Positions 38,147 to 50,379 of a stretch of 64,000 nucleotides of DNA are shown here, in pieces; the first letter of the stretch is position 1, and every line of letters starts with the position of its first letter. The translations under genes were made by a program, and so were the position numbers. Under the pieces are notes generated by a model. That model made no database searches. It saw only the letters and a list, made by a program, of their open reading frames with translations, and was not told the origin of the DNA. The stretch is from Podarcis liolepis (taxonomy: Eukaryota): the NCBI GenBank assembly GCA_965112155.1, contig OZ218103.1; one strand, written 5' to 3'.

Positions 38147-39863
38147 CATCAAAAATGTTCTTGGAAATTAAGCATGCTTTGTCAATTTTTCAGCCAGAGA
38201 GATTAAAGTAGGTCTGGCATAATAAAGATTTTCTATGCTAGGTGCACAACAACTACCTTCTTTTAGTTTTGCTATGGGAATGCTCGAGTCTGCGTCATGT
38301 AACCATCACTATTCTTCAGTAAATTGTGGCTTCCTTTTCAACAGCTGTCCTCTATGGGCATCTCAAGGGCATCCCTGATTCTAATTAAAGGAACATTTCT
38401 TGTGACTCTTCCATTTACTTAGAACATACTGTGCTGCAGGCACTTTGCAGGGAGGGGTGAGGGTTAAAAGAAGAAGTTCTAAACACAAATGATTGCTTTC
38501 AGTTAAACTTGCTTCCAAACATGAGAAGCAAGCTTGCTAGAGTATTCCCATGGCAGTTTTTGCTACGACAAAAACCAGCCTATCCATACTTTATATGGTT
38601 GCTATGTTCTTAAGACTTTTCACATTGTAGCATATTCTTCACTTCAAATCATCAGCCATGTTTTACGATACAAAATTTACATCCTTTATTCAGACACCAT
38701 AGCATTACACTGTTTGATCTTTTAGATCTTGCTCTGGCCAGTCTACATCCAGACAGCCCAATCAGAAGCTAATGAAGGAGTGCTAACAACCTTAATGGAA
38801 ACAGTGTTCAAGTGTGGGCTGTTCTTCACTATTTATCTACTATATTGGTATATTGATTTTCAACAAAAATGGCTCTCAAAGCAGTCCAAAACAATAGTTG
38901 ATCTATAGGCAGATACTATTCTCAAAATATAATTTAGAAGTCTATTAAAAACCAATCTGAACTATTTATTATTAGATTAAACTTTAATTCAGACAGGTGA
39001 GGTGGATTAAGGAAACAGGAAAAACCCTGTTGAGAAAGCTACACTTAACAAAATAACGAAGAAGAAGACTATAGCAGACACCTAGCAAATGTAGCAGAAT
39101 CTCTACTCTAAGCATAAATATGGGCTCTGACTCAACTTGGACCAGTGGCACTGGAGGTAGAGATGCTGTAAACTGATCAGCATCATGACCAAGCCCAAGC
39201 CAGAAACTCTTGGATCAGGGGCCCTTCAATCAATCAGGATATCTGGAGTTTTCACCCCCCCTGAGGAATTGACAGCCTCCATGTTAGAGGGCCTGTACAC
39301 CCAAATTGGCCTGTTAATATAAAATTGCAACACCAAAATCCAAAGAAAGAAGAAGAAAGAAAGGTGGGATATAAATGGAATACAAACCAACCAACCAACC
39401 AACCAGGAAGTAGGAAAATGCATGCTGCTCCATTTTAGAGTACTAAGTAAGAAATATACACCCATGTCCCCAAGAGATGGTTGGTGGTTCTAGCAACCTA
39501 CAGAAATGGATTAATCTCAAGAGACTTAAAAAGGTAGCCTTGACTTGGAATGGAAAACCTGTTCCACACAAAAGCACATGGCTGCTAAAACCAAGTTTAG
39601 GAGGAGGATGGGGACAGGAAGATCCATGTTTTGCAACTCAGATTGCTCGATCAGAGAGGCAATATGTCTCACTGCCTACAACAGAACAACTTCTTTCAAG
39701 CCTAATTTCAGAGAGGGGAGAGACGATGGTAGGGTACCCAATAGACAACAGAGTAAGCCTCTGAGGGCACACATGCAGCAACTGCGGAGCACACAGTCTC
39801 CAAACAATGAGAAAAGAAATCAAATGAAATGTACACAAAACACAAGTTGGATGGGGCAGAAAT

Positions 39864-40309
39864 TGTTAGAATTCCTGCTCCATGAGTGCAGTCATGGGAT
39901 TTTTGTCTATTACATGATGGTATATTTTTAACTCCACAAAGTGGGAAGTGACGGAGACAGGATGTTTGTGTTACTGTATTCCATGAAGTGGGACTATTGT
40001 CCTTTGTTCTTTTTCTCTTTGCTGTCTGATGCTAGAGAGAGAGGGAGCCATGTAGCAGTGCTCCGTGTGTGTTTATATGTAAATAAAGTAGATTAGCCAA
40101 AATGCTGAGTTGCTGAGGTCTGTTATGCATGATGCGCAAACTCAGCGGATCCCTAAGTGTGCCGGCGTCGGTTGGCATTGGTTACTGTGATGTTTGGGCA
40201 GAAGAAAGATTTTGAAGCTCCTGAATGAACGACCAGAAGGGAGAGAACATGCCAGTTGGGCATGTGTCTCTGCCAGGATCCTACTGGAGTGTAGGCCGAG
40301 CTCCTGGCA
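39864..40309 (+). mobile_element. Solo LTR (446 bp)
   Basis: TG...CA termini, 5-bp TSD GAAAT at 39859-39863 and 40310-40314, and internal AATAAA at about 40082. Confidence 0.8.
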
Positions 40310-41502
40310 GAAATGTGCTCAAGTTCTGCTATGGGAAGCTGTGAGAACAGGATGTTGGACTACATGGGCCCTTGGCCTGATCCTGAAGGTTCTTATGGTC
40401 TTAAGATTGGCTTATTGGAATCTCTTACTTTAAGAAAGGTAGCTAGATAGGCACTTCCAAAGCAGAGAGATGCACAACTCTCAATTTTTTTAAAAAAAAA
40501 ACAAAAATAAATTCACAAACTGTTATTTGTAACTAACTGAGATTATGCCTGTGTGTACAATTTATTTCACTATAAACTAATACACATCCATTTCTAATCT
40601 ATCGCAAACAAAAAGTACTCTGTTTCTATTTTCTGCAAACTCTCTTCCCCTTCCACTGAAGTTAATCCCCCTACAATTGTTTACATTATCACACCATTTG
40701 CACACAACTTTCAATATACGGCAGAAGAATGATTCAGGGCCCCCTGGGAGCCAATTTATAATTCAGGCTTCTCCTAGTGTTACATTCTTCTGAGGAAGTA
40801 TTCTTCACTTAGACAAAGAAGAAAGAACAAATAATCTTTGGAAGCATTAAAAAAATGCAACATTACATACAAAATTACATAGATTATCAATCATGAAGGA
40901 AAAATCAAATGGTTTTTTTATCACCGACTACTGACAATCATACCTATTATAGACATTTCTTTTAAATGGACTGAGGAAAAAGGCACAATATTTTTTATGT
41001 GTAGATCTCATCGTCTGTGTGTATTCAGTAAAACTTTGTTGGAGAGCTGTTTTCTTCGCAGCTATGTATTGATCCGTGCTATCTAAACAACGAGGTTTAG
41101 ATTAACAGAATTTGACTACCACGTGTGATTTTTAAAAGCTCAGACTGGACAGGGTAATTTTTTAAAACATATATACAGTACAAAAGTAATCCATTTAACA
41201 CCACATGAATAAAGTGCAACATCACATGTATGAACTGATTTGAAGACATTACCAGCATCATTGCCAACAGCTACCATTAAATGGAGACACATTTCAGGTG
41301 CTACAGACTAAACAAGTGCAATTTGTGGAGTTCAAGTACTCAAGATGGGAGACATGTAAAATATATAGGAAGAGTTTAATATGTCCATGAAATTGCCTTG
41401 TTTTCACTGACTGACCAAAAAGTGTTATTAACACAATAGTAAGTCAGGTTAGGTACAGAGGAGTTAGAACGTGAAGTTCTCCAGAAGTCAGTATTGACTC
41501 AC

Positions 41503-41553
41503 CACTGTATATGTCAGTGTGATTTCGAAAGGACGTTTCATTATGGGGGTGCT
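41503..41553 (-). CDS. NFASC: NFASC alternative 51-nt Ig2-Ig3 linker exon (KHPHNETSFRNHTDIYS)
   Basis: ttattacag acceptor, gtgagt donor, phase 1-1. Matches recalled chicken KKPHNETSLRNHTDMYS. Carries two N-glycosylation sequons (NET, NHT). Confidence 0.96.
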
Positions 41554-44169
41554 CTGTAATAAACAAAAGAACGTGAGCGTACCAAAGGCAACAAAGCATG
41601 CACTGAGTAACAAAAGACGAAATGGAGAGGAGGTGTACAAAAGGAAAAGAACACACACACACACAACAGAAATTATAAAAAAGCAAAAAGCAAAATAAAA
41701 AAGAGGCAATGACATACACATAACATCCAAAAAAAAAACTTCAGCACAATTTGGAAAGAAACAAAGAACACAGCAACGGAAGACAGCAATTGAAGAAGAC
41801 TGCTTTTTTCTATGAAATGCAAAATTATGAACTAAAAAAACCCAACACGCATTAACACAAAATCAAATATGTTCAGATGCGTTCCAAAAACATATGGATT
41901 TTTAAGTTTGACTTTTAAAATGCCAGGAAATAATCAAAACATTTTAATTATTATTATCAATAACTTTGTTAACATCCAGCTCTACTTTTGGAAAGAACAA
42001 TTAGTTTGTCATCAGATTTGTAAAAAGAAAAAAGATAAAGAATGCATTCCTGATATTTGTTCCAAGGGTACAAGATGGATTACTTTCAGCTTTAACAATG
42101 AAAAAACAAGTTATAAAAGTATAAGAAAAACAACTGGGGTTTTAATAGATCATGGAAGCATTATTAGAATGAACTGCCTTTCATCTTTTAAAGAAAAGAA
42201 AGCGATAAGCACATTAGAAATAACCCAATAGCAACAGCAGGCTTGCAGATAAACCCACAAAGGTTACGGGACAGCATTTTTTAAAAAAACAACAAACAAA
42301 CTGGACTACGAAGATGCTGCTGAGCACCAGCATTCCGCCAAGCATGGCTTGGTATATATTATCCTCAAAATGGACACTTAGACCTGCTGAAGCACCCCAA
42401 ATATTATGTCCTCATTCACCTCTTACAAGGTGTGTGTGGGGGGGAGACTACTTGTAAGTCTTCATTACTATAACACTGAAAATGGCATAAATGCAGAGAA
42501 ACTTTAATGTACCTCACCGATGTCACTCTCCAAACCCAATACCACCCATTTCATGAAATTCCATGACTCCATTTAGGATTTACATAAGAAATTACATAAG
42601 AAAAAAATGGCCATATATTTTAAACCACCTTTATTAGTCTAAGATTTGCTAAAATTGTCAGGTTTAAGTCTGACAGCATACCACAGCATACTAAAAGCCA
42701 TGTAGATAAATAAGGACCTAGGACACTTTGAGAAGCAAAGTACGTTTGAACACAAAAGTGATCACTTACGTTAGGAAAAAATGAATTTTTTAAAAGGGCT
42801 AATCCGCTTTAACCTTAAACATTAAGGCTACACTCATGGGCTTTGTTTGCTCATCATGCTAACCCTTAAACTAGGGGTGGCCAAATTGTTGTCCTCTAGA
42901 TATTGTTAGACTACAACGTTCATCATCCCTGATGTCTCGACAAGCTGGCTGGGGATGAGAGTTGGAGTCTACAACATCTGGAGAGCCACAGATTAGCAAC
43001 CCCTTCCATAAACCATGTTTTACCATGGACGAACAGCACAATAACACACTCTGCCAGATCCTTCCCACTTCGTTCCACCTCTGTCAGGAGCAACAAACAT
43101 GTCCCCTTGGAGTTAGTGTGTTGCCAAAACCTATAATTGTGGCTTGTTTCCCCATAAGCAAACCACATCTAGAAACCAAGATTTATTCTTGGCTTGCTGA
43201 TCATTGTGCATTTAGAGAGAAACAAGCCACAAACCTGATTTGGACAACATGGTAAACCAAGGACTGTGGCTGTTCCTGCTCCTGCTAGGTGGTGGTGCAA
43301 AACAAAAATGATCTGGCAGTGTCCATGAGGATACTGTCTGTTCACAGTAAGCCATAGTTTATGGATCGCTGTGATGTGTGAAAAAGGCCACTAGCTTTTT
43401 AAGGATTAGGACAACCCAAGTCTATTTTGTCTAAACTAGGCTTGGTAAGAAGTGGAATGACTACTATTCTGTATTTCCAAAAGAAGATCAATGTTCTGAT
43501 CCTCAACACATTTGGAAGTAAATACTACTGATTTCAAGTTAGTGTGTCTAGCATTACAGCCTCTTTACTTCCCTTTCTGATGAGAAAATTAATCATCATA
43601 GCAAAGCAATAACTTCTGTGGATTGAGCACTTATACAAAACAAAATACTGAACAAGTATCCAGATTTGAAACAAAAACAGATCACCGAACAACGTGCCAC
43701 ACAGAAAGGCAGTTCAGTTCCTTTGAATATAAGATGAAATCTATTTTACATAGAGGAAGAAAGTGGTCCTCTATCGAAAGGGTATCTAGGGAGGAAATGT
43801 GCACACAGTTTCCAAGTGAATATGTAAGAACAAGATGCCTGGAGACATACAGTACTCTTAATGAGCCTTCCAAGGAGCCACTTGTAACCTAGGGGTCACT
43901 AGGTAAAGGGCCAAGACAACCATAGCATACAAATTAAGGGTTACCCATTACATACAACTTACTGCAAACTCTATTTGTCTAAACTGTTTAATATTTAAAT
44001 TTCTTAAGTGGTATCATAAAAACAGAAACTTAGCAACAACCAAGTCCAGTCTCAGGGATCAGGGAAAGCAAGGGTGGAAGATGCATTGTACAAGACCATC
44101 TGAAGCAACTGTTGGGCAAAAGGAAGGGTACGCCAGAGGGCAGAAAATATCCAAGTGATAATTCTGTAC

Positions 44170-44300
44170 GGTGTGGTGTTACAAGTAAACCTTTACCAGA
44201 TGATCCACATGATTGTACAGGTCTTTTTAGGGACAGGCAGTCCTTCAGATAACCTAGTCCCAAGTTGTTCAAGGTTTTATGTGTTAGTAACAAGAACTTG
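44170..44300 (-). mobile_element. L2 ORF2 remnant
   Basis: LLTHKTLNNLGLGYLKDCL...SSGKGLLVTP resembles the L2 C-terminal motif TYKALNGLGPxYL...RS...LLxVP. Confidence 0.7.
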
Positions 44301-44934
44301 ACATTCCTCTAGTTCCTTTGTTTCAACATTCTTCCGTTAGATCAATAGGTGACAGGAGAAAACCTGCCTGCAGGGCCATCAGTTAAGCATGGCTTCTAAC
44401 ACAGAAGGCGGTGAGCTGTGTTCAGAAGCTGGAAGAGCAGCAGGGCTCCATCTACACTGCTGCATGGGTCACTTCTGGGTAGGTGGGGTCCATGCCACTT
44501 TTCAGTCACTTGACATCACTACGATGTTGTGACCCATTTTTCATTTGTAGTACAGCCAGTCTTGGGAAATGGCCAAATTGGGGCCCATGCTGGGCCTAAA
44601 TAGGCTTGCAGGCTGAATATTCCCCATGCCTGCTATATAGAATTAACACCAAGGTCTTGTTTGCCAGTCGTGGAAAGCCATAATTAATGGCATGCCATGA
44701 GCTTTTCTCCCCTAGTGTGAGTGGACGCAACAAGTTAAAATCCTCATTTTAATGTTATAGCTGAAACTGAGATTGCACTTTGTTTTGCTCAGACAAATCT
44801 GGAAGCTAAGAACAAACCTTGACTTCAGATTGTGGTATGTTTGGGGCAAAACGAACCATGATCCCTGCTCTGGACATAATGCTAAGCCATGGCTCATATA
44901 GTTTATTGTTTCCATTCATGCTAGGGAAGGAAAA

Positions 44935-45123
44935 GGGGAATGAGTGTATCTCAGTGTAGAGCATCTGCTTTGCATGCAGACGGCCTACGTTCAAACCCTG
45001 GCAGCTCCATTTAGCAGATGACAGAAAAACCTCCTTCTCCCTGAGACCTTGAAGAGCTGCTGGCAGTTAGTAAACAATACTGATCTAGATGGACAAATAG
45101 ATTGGATATAAAGTAGGTTCCTG
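44935..45123 (+). mobile_element. Old tRNA-headed SINE with CR1-like tail (other copies at about 34975-35142 +, 62465-62625 +, 23785-23965 - and 25905-26030 -)
   Basis: CTCAGTGTAGAGCATCTGCTTTGCATGCAGA...GTTCAAACCCTGGCA head and CTAGATGGAC(C)AAT...TATAAGGCAG tail shared among the copies. Confidence 0.7.
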
Positions 45124-45647
45124 TCATCTTTCTGTCTGCAGAGGAATCTACTTCAGTGACACCTCCCAGCTTACCAGGTTCTGTACTCATTTCCCTCCAT
45201 GACTAGAGTGCCCAGCACTGGAGATATCCAGCTGCCTCTTGACAACCCTTGCAAGGACAGAATCCAAGACAAATGCATCAATTGCCTCATAGTCTATCCA
45301 GCCCTGAAGGGAGAGATCCGGAAAGTTCCAAGTGTTTGCAACCTCACAATCAACTGCTAGCACAAAAACACATTTCTTCTGCTAGGGTTTCATGGCAGCA
45401 GTTTCAAAAGTAACAGAGGTTAAGACTTAATGCCCTGAGAGAGAGGAAGAGAGGCCTAGGCAATGAAGAATCATCTGCTGGCCAAAAGAGCAATGTGGTT
45501 CTTAACTTCAACTGACATGTCTCTAGGAATTAAGTGCAAAAGGCCATATCCTCATACAGCGCTGATACGACAGACTAAGGAGTATGCATGCCTTCCTAAA
45601 TGCCACTTAAAAACTGGGCTGATTAGTACCAATTGGCTGTAGTGATG

Positions 45648-46030
45648 ACTAATGACGGAAGGATCTGCAAACTTTGGTTTTCTCATTTTCCTATTCCTAA
45701 ATTCAGTTCTCCAATTTTTTGCACCTATTGACAGATTTCTAGAGGAAATCCTCACAAAAATTCCCCAGCATCCTAACACATTTTTGCAAGCAATTTCCCC
45801 AATATAATGCATTTCTCTATATTATTTGGATGAATATATTGATTTTTATGCACACTTCCCCCTAATATATACATTTTTGTAAACACTGTTGATGAACTAC
45901 ATCACTAAATTCAGATAAGTGCAAATTTTGAGGGATGGTTGTGTTTCAGTCCTCATATTGTTTCAGAAAGTGCAAATTAGAGAGATTCGGCTTTAAATGC
46001 TAACTGAATTGAATTCCACACCATTCCTAG
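45648..46030. repeat. Unclassified interspersed repeat, likely DNA-transposon derived (partial copies at 24275-24395, 29040-29235 and 55955-56115)
   Basis: Shared GGAAGGATCTG...TTTCTCATTTTCC...AAATTCAGTT and GTGTTTCAGT..CATATTGTTT..GAAAGTG segments. Confidence 0.65.
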
Positions 46031-46374
46031 TGATAGCTGATGTCACTGAATTCAAACATCCCAATGAATATTTCACTTCAATTATATATTTCTCTTGTTA
46101 TATTTGTGTATTTCCCAAGTTCATTAATCCTTGGTTTCCTTTTCTTAGAAACAAAGAAAACATTTGTCAAAGAAGCACACACCTCTTCTTTCTTACAGAT
46201 GAATAGATTTAGTCCTTTATTATTATATCTATGTTATTTGGCATCTAGCTGTGTAACCACACTGAGAGGCTACTTTTGTAGGCTGGAGTTTATAGTAATC
46301 TTTTCCTCTACGCTCTCAATACTGTAACACTTAATAGGGTCAGGAATGGCTCCAAACTTTCCTTCACTAAAATA

Positions 46375-46431
46375 GTGAGTGAGTGAGTGAGTGAGTGAGT
46401 GAGTGAATGAATAAATAAATAAATAAATAAA
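46375..46431. repeat. (GTGA)n-(TAAA)n compound microsatellite
   Basis: Direct reading. Confidence 0.9.
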
Positions 46432-48768
46432 CTCTAAATAAAATGAATGAGAAGTGGGATGTACCCCACCAGCAAGCCACTGACTTTCAATCATTTAAGA
46501 TATTCCCTGTCCTAGAATTAGTATGCTGCCATCTTTCCTCCTTGCTCCTTTAATATATATCAATTTCATGAGAGGCAATTCAAATGTTCCAAGTTTGATA
46601 TGGTCTGCTCAACTTGCAAGTGTTGCTGCGGCAGCAAAACGATGTAGCAGTCAGTAGAGGGTTAAGAAGAATGTTAGTTTGTAGCCTGCTGATCTCTATT
46701 TCCCCCTCGCTTATTAAAGTAGCAAGAATGAAATCTAATCATGCTCTTCCCTCCATCCTTAGAGAAAATGCTCTTTGATGGGTTGAAACTGAGGTCATCC
46801 TGAAAGTAGGCAGAAGATGCCAATGCAGTTGCTTCCGCTCTGCAGGACATCCTACCCATGGAGACTGTTAGAGAATGCTTATTATTATCAATAATTCAGG
46901 CCTCTTCTGTGTGTCTTTTGGGTTGACTGTGGGTATGGCGCATGCTTCTGGCCTCCATGTTTTCATGTTCTCCCCACCCCATTTGGCATACAATGGTCTA
47001 AATAATTCAGATGTCATTGCAATCAGAATGAAGCATGCCCTCAAAAGACATCCCCAGACCTAAGCGAGCAGTAATAAGAAGCTGTGCAAGAAGAAGAAAA
47101 GAAGAAGCAGGGAATGATTTCGATTTTAAGCTGGGGGACACACCTGTCACTGGAATAGAAGAACATTCAAATCAGTGAGGATTCAAATATAATAAATGAG
47201 AAAGCAAGCAGCAAGTTCACTTCGCTCTCTCCTTACACAGTTCCAAGTGTGACCTGTTGACTTCTATGGGGAATAGATCCATAGTTGATGCCATGCAAAG
47301 TGGGCTGGCAGTGATGTTTTCTGGTGTGCCCAGCGCTGCTTACCTCAAAGCATGCATAAGTGACATCCTGGGTGGACCAGAAATGCCCTGAGTGCCACTC
47401 ATTGCACTAGAAGCAATAGGAGGAGTGATTGACAACATGGCTTGGCTGAAGCTAAATACAATGCACACTGCTAATGCACATTTCCCTTATAAATTACTAA
47501 ACATTCTGAGATGGTTAAAGCTTTGGAAATACTGGACAAGGTTATATTGGCTCAGTAAGGAGGGGGAATGTACACAGATCTTTTAAAACAAGAAAGTTTT
47601 TTTAAAAAATACATCACCACCACTACACAAACTCCAATAAGAGGCCACAGTAGGATATCTAAAATGATCCAACATGCCATAGAACACTCCATTAGCACAA
47701 TTGGCCTGCACATCCTTTTGTGAACATTGTGGAACACTGTTGATGCAAACAGGGAAGGATGAACTAAAAAAATCAAACAAGTCATATGAGCAACCTTTAA
47801 AAAAATGATCTCTTGAATTTACTTGCTGTTTGATCATAGATATCCAAGCATTTAGTCAATGACCCCTTTAAAACACTGGGTGATATTCAACTATGTTTTA
47901 CTCAGAGTAGACCCATTGAAATTAATCTTCATGACTAAATTAGATCCATTAATTGCAATAGATGTGCTCTTCAACTGAATCCAACCCAGTAACCAAACCA
48001 GAGAAAACAGCAGTATATCATTTTAAAAAAGCACATACAAACAAGTCCTGCTGCCAGAATGCTTGCTATCTAAAATCTTAGGTATTCAAACACAAAGAAT
48101 TATATCCAAACCACGTTACAAAATGGCTGATTCAGATATCCAAACAGATATCCTTCCTTGTTTGTGTTTTGCTGTTTGGCAGCAATTATTTTGGGCAGGA
48201 GAGAGTTTTCCCCTTGTTTGGCTTTTGCTGATTGGCTGCAGCAGTTTTAGGCAGGAGGCACGGAGGGAGAAAGCATGGAATATAAATGCTCCCATAGGAA
48301 AATAATGGAAATCATCAGCTTGTTATGCGAACACGCACCCAACAAACGATTTCTTGGGAACACATTGTATTCAGAAAGCAGGACCTGCGTGTATGTGAAA
48401 AATATGTGGACACATGCTAGAACCTGTTATGCTGATATGTCAGCTGATGTCTCTGATGTTTACATTCCTCACAGATAAATAAGACACTATATGCCCAATA
48501 AGTAGAACTGTCTTCAAAATGCATTTTAAACCTCCAAAATTCATGTAAGCTGTCTTGATCTTCTTGGGGGAAGGACAGAGCACCAATGTGTTAAATAAAG
48601 CATTTTCACGCCTCTAAGAACATGTAGCAAAAGACCCTCTCATAACTCAAGGAATGTTACAAAAACTGCCATGTTTGTAAGGAGACGGTTTCTCTGACTG
48701 ACTGTTGCCAGCACAGCAGGGATTGTGCTCATGAAGTTCCAGCCAAGCTGATCATAGTAAATACTTAC

Positions 48769-48939
48769 TGGTCATGACTTTGAGGGTATAAGGGTTTTTC
48801 TGCTGGATGGTGTGGGTGAAGGCAAAGCGAGCATTACAGCTGTAGTCAGTCAGGGCATCCTCCTGCATGACATTGGAGAAATACAAGTCACCATTCTGTC
48901 CTTGGGAGACACGCTTGTCTTGGTGGATTGACTCCATGG
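48769..48939 (-). CDS. NFASC: NFASC Ig2 second half ([23 protein letters not shown]...LKVMT)
   Basis: cttacag acceptor, gtaagt donor, 171 nt. Confidence 0.97.
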
Positions 48940-49930
48940 CTGTAAGAAAGAACAATAAATCTTATTGGAACTCACTGCTCTGCACCTTTGTAATGGATAG
49001 AACTAGTGGCAATTATCTACTAGCCCCAGCAACCTGGAAAATACATAAATTGATTACTTCCAGCTAGCATTGGACAGCAGAACTCAATTCAAGACATTTC
49101 CGATAATCCAAGCTAGGTACTTCAAATTCTTACTATGGGTGAAAAGCAACACAAAGAACCAATTTTGCTTTCTTGCTTAGTTAACAGAACTGTTATGCCA
49201 CCTGCCAATAGGACAGTTTTCCACGCAGTTCCCCAAAGGATAATAGAAACAATAAAATCGTATGACAATATGTGTGTTCAGTGACACACATGAGAAAATC
49301 CACATAGCATGCTGCTATAAAGATTAGTTACTTTGTAAATATGACCAGCTGACACAGTCAGTTTACCCCATACACGTACAGTCCACATGGAAGAGGAAAT
49401 ATTTAGATTGAGAAGGTAGGTCTCAAATTTATTATGCAAACCAGCTCTCTCCAAGAGCTGCAGCCAGGGACATCCCAACAGCAGAGCAATGAGAGTGATA
49501 GCTTAGAACAGCATTTTTTAAGGGCATTAAGGAAGCAGTGTGCAATATGAGAAGTGCATCTCAGAATCCTCTTCGATACTTAATGAGATCCTGGGGTGAG
49601 CTCTGGAGGAGTATAACCCAGCTGAGGTCGTGGGCTATCTCTGGCTGAAGCTCCATCTTCTTTTGTATATTAACAAGCAACAGATATTGAATGTACCACA
49701 ACCAGATTCTTTTCATTTCAGTGTTGACAACATGAGAGTGTGGAAAGGCGGAAAAGGTCACTCCTTTGCAGTTGTGCCATAATACTACCGAGCCCCATGA
49801 ATGGTCAGTATAGACAAGGGAAACAGTAGCATCACCGAGACCAGCCTAAACCATTACACTCATGTCCTGTTAGGGAACCCTCTTCTTTTCCAAGTACAGT
49901 TCTAGCCTGCTAGCCAGTGTGAAGACTTAC

Positions 49931-50053
49931 AGCTGCTCATCCAGAAGATAGCCGGAGGCGGCAGTCCAGGAGGGGGATTGCATGCCAAGATAAGATGAGC
50001 ACCTTCATGAACCTCTTGAATGTCTAAGTTTTCCTTTGGCCACAAGGGAGACT
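49931..50053 (-). CDS. NFASC: NFASC Ig2 first half ([11 protein letters not shown]...IFWMSS)
   Basis: tttgcag acceptor, gtaagt donor, 123 nt. Confidence 0.97.
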
Positions 50054-50379
50054 CTGCAAATAAAAATGTCACAAAAGAAATTACATGCATACATCAAAAG
50101 GTACATGGTGGTAATTTTTGAAACTGCTCCATAGAGGAGTCACCATCTCACTGTGCTTCCCGCACTTTATCTGGCTCTGCCGTCTAAAGCAGAGGTGGGG
50201 AACCTTTTCCATTCCAAGTGCTGCATAACCTTCTGGGAGCTGCATGCCAATGGTGGGTGGGAATAAAACCATAGTCACACCCCTTTCACACACAGGGATA
50301 CATATCTTCTTCCCAACACAAGATCCATCCACATTATTTAATCCTCTTCCCCTTTTGTCAATACCAAAATTTATTCCAA

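Noticed and set aside
47344-47367. 24-nt poison exon candidate (cag|GATGTC...TTTGAG|gtaagc, in-frame TGA)
   Set aside because: The pyrimidine tract is poor, and such pairs are expected by chance in a 7-kb intron.
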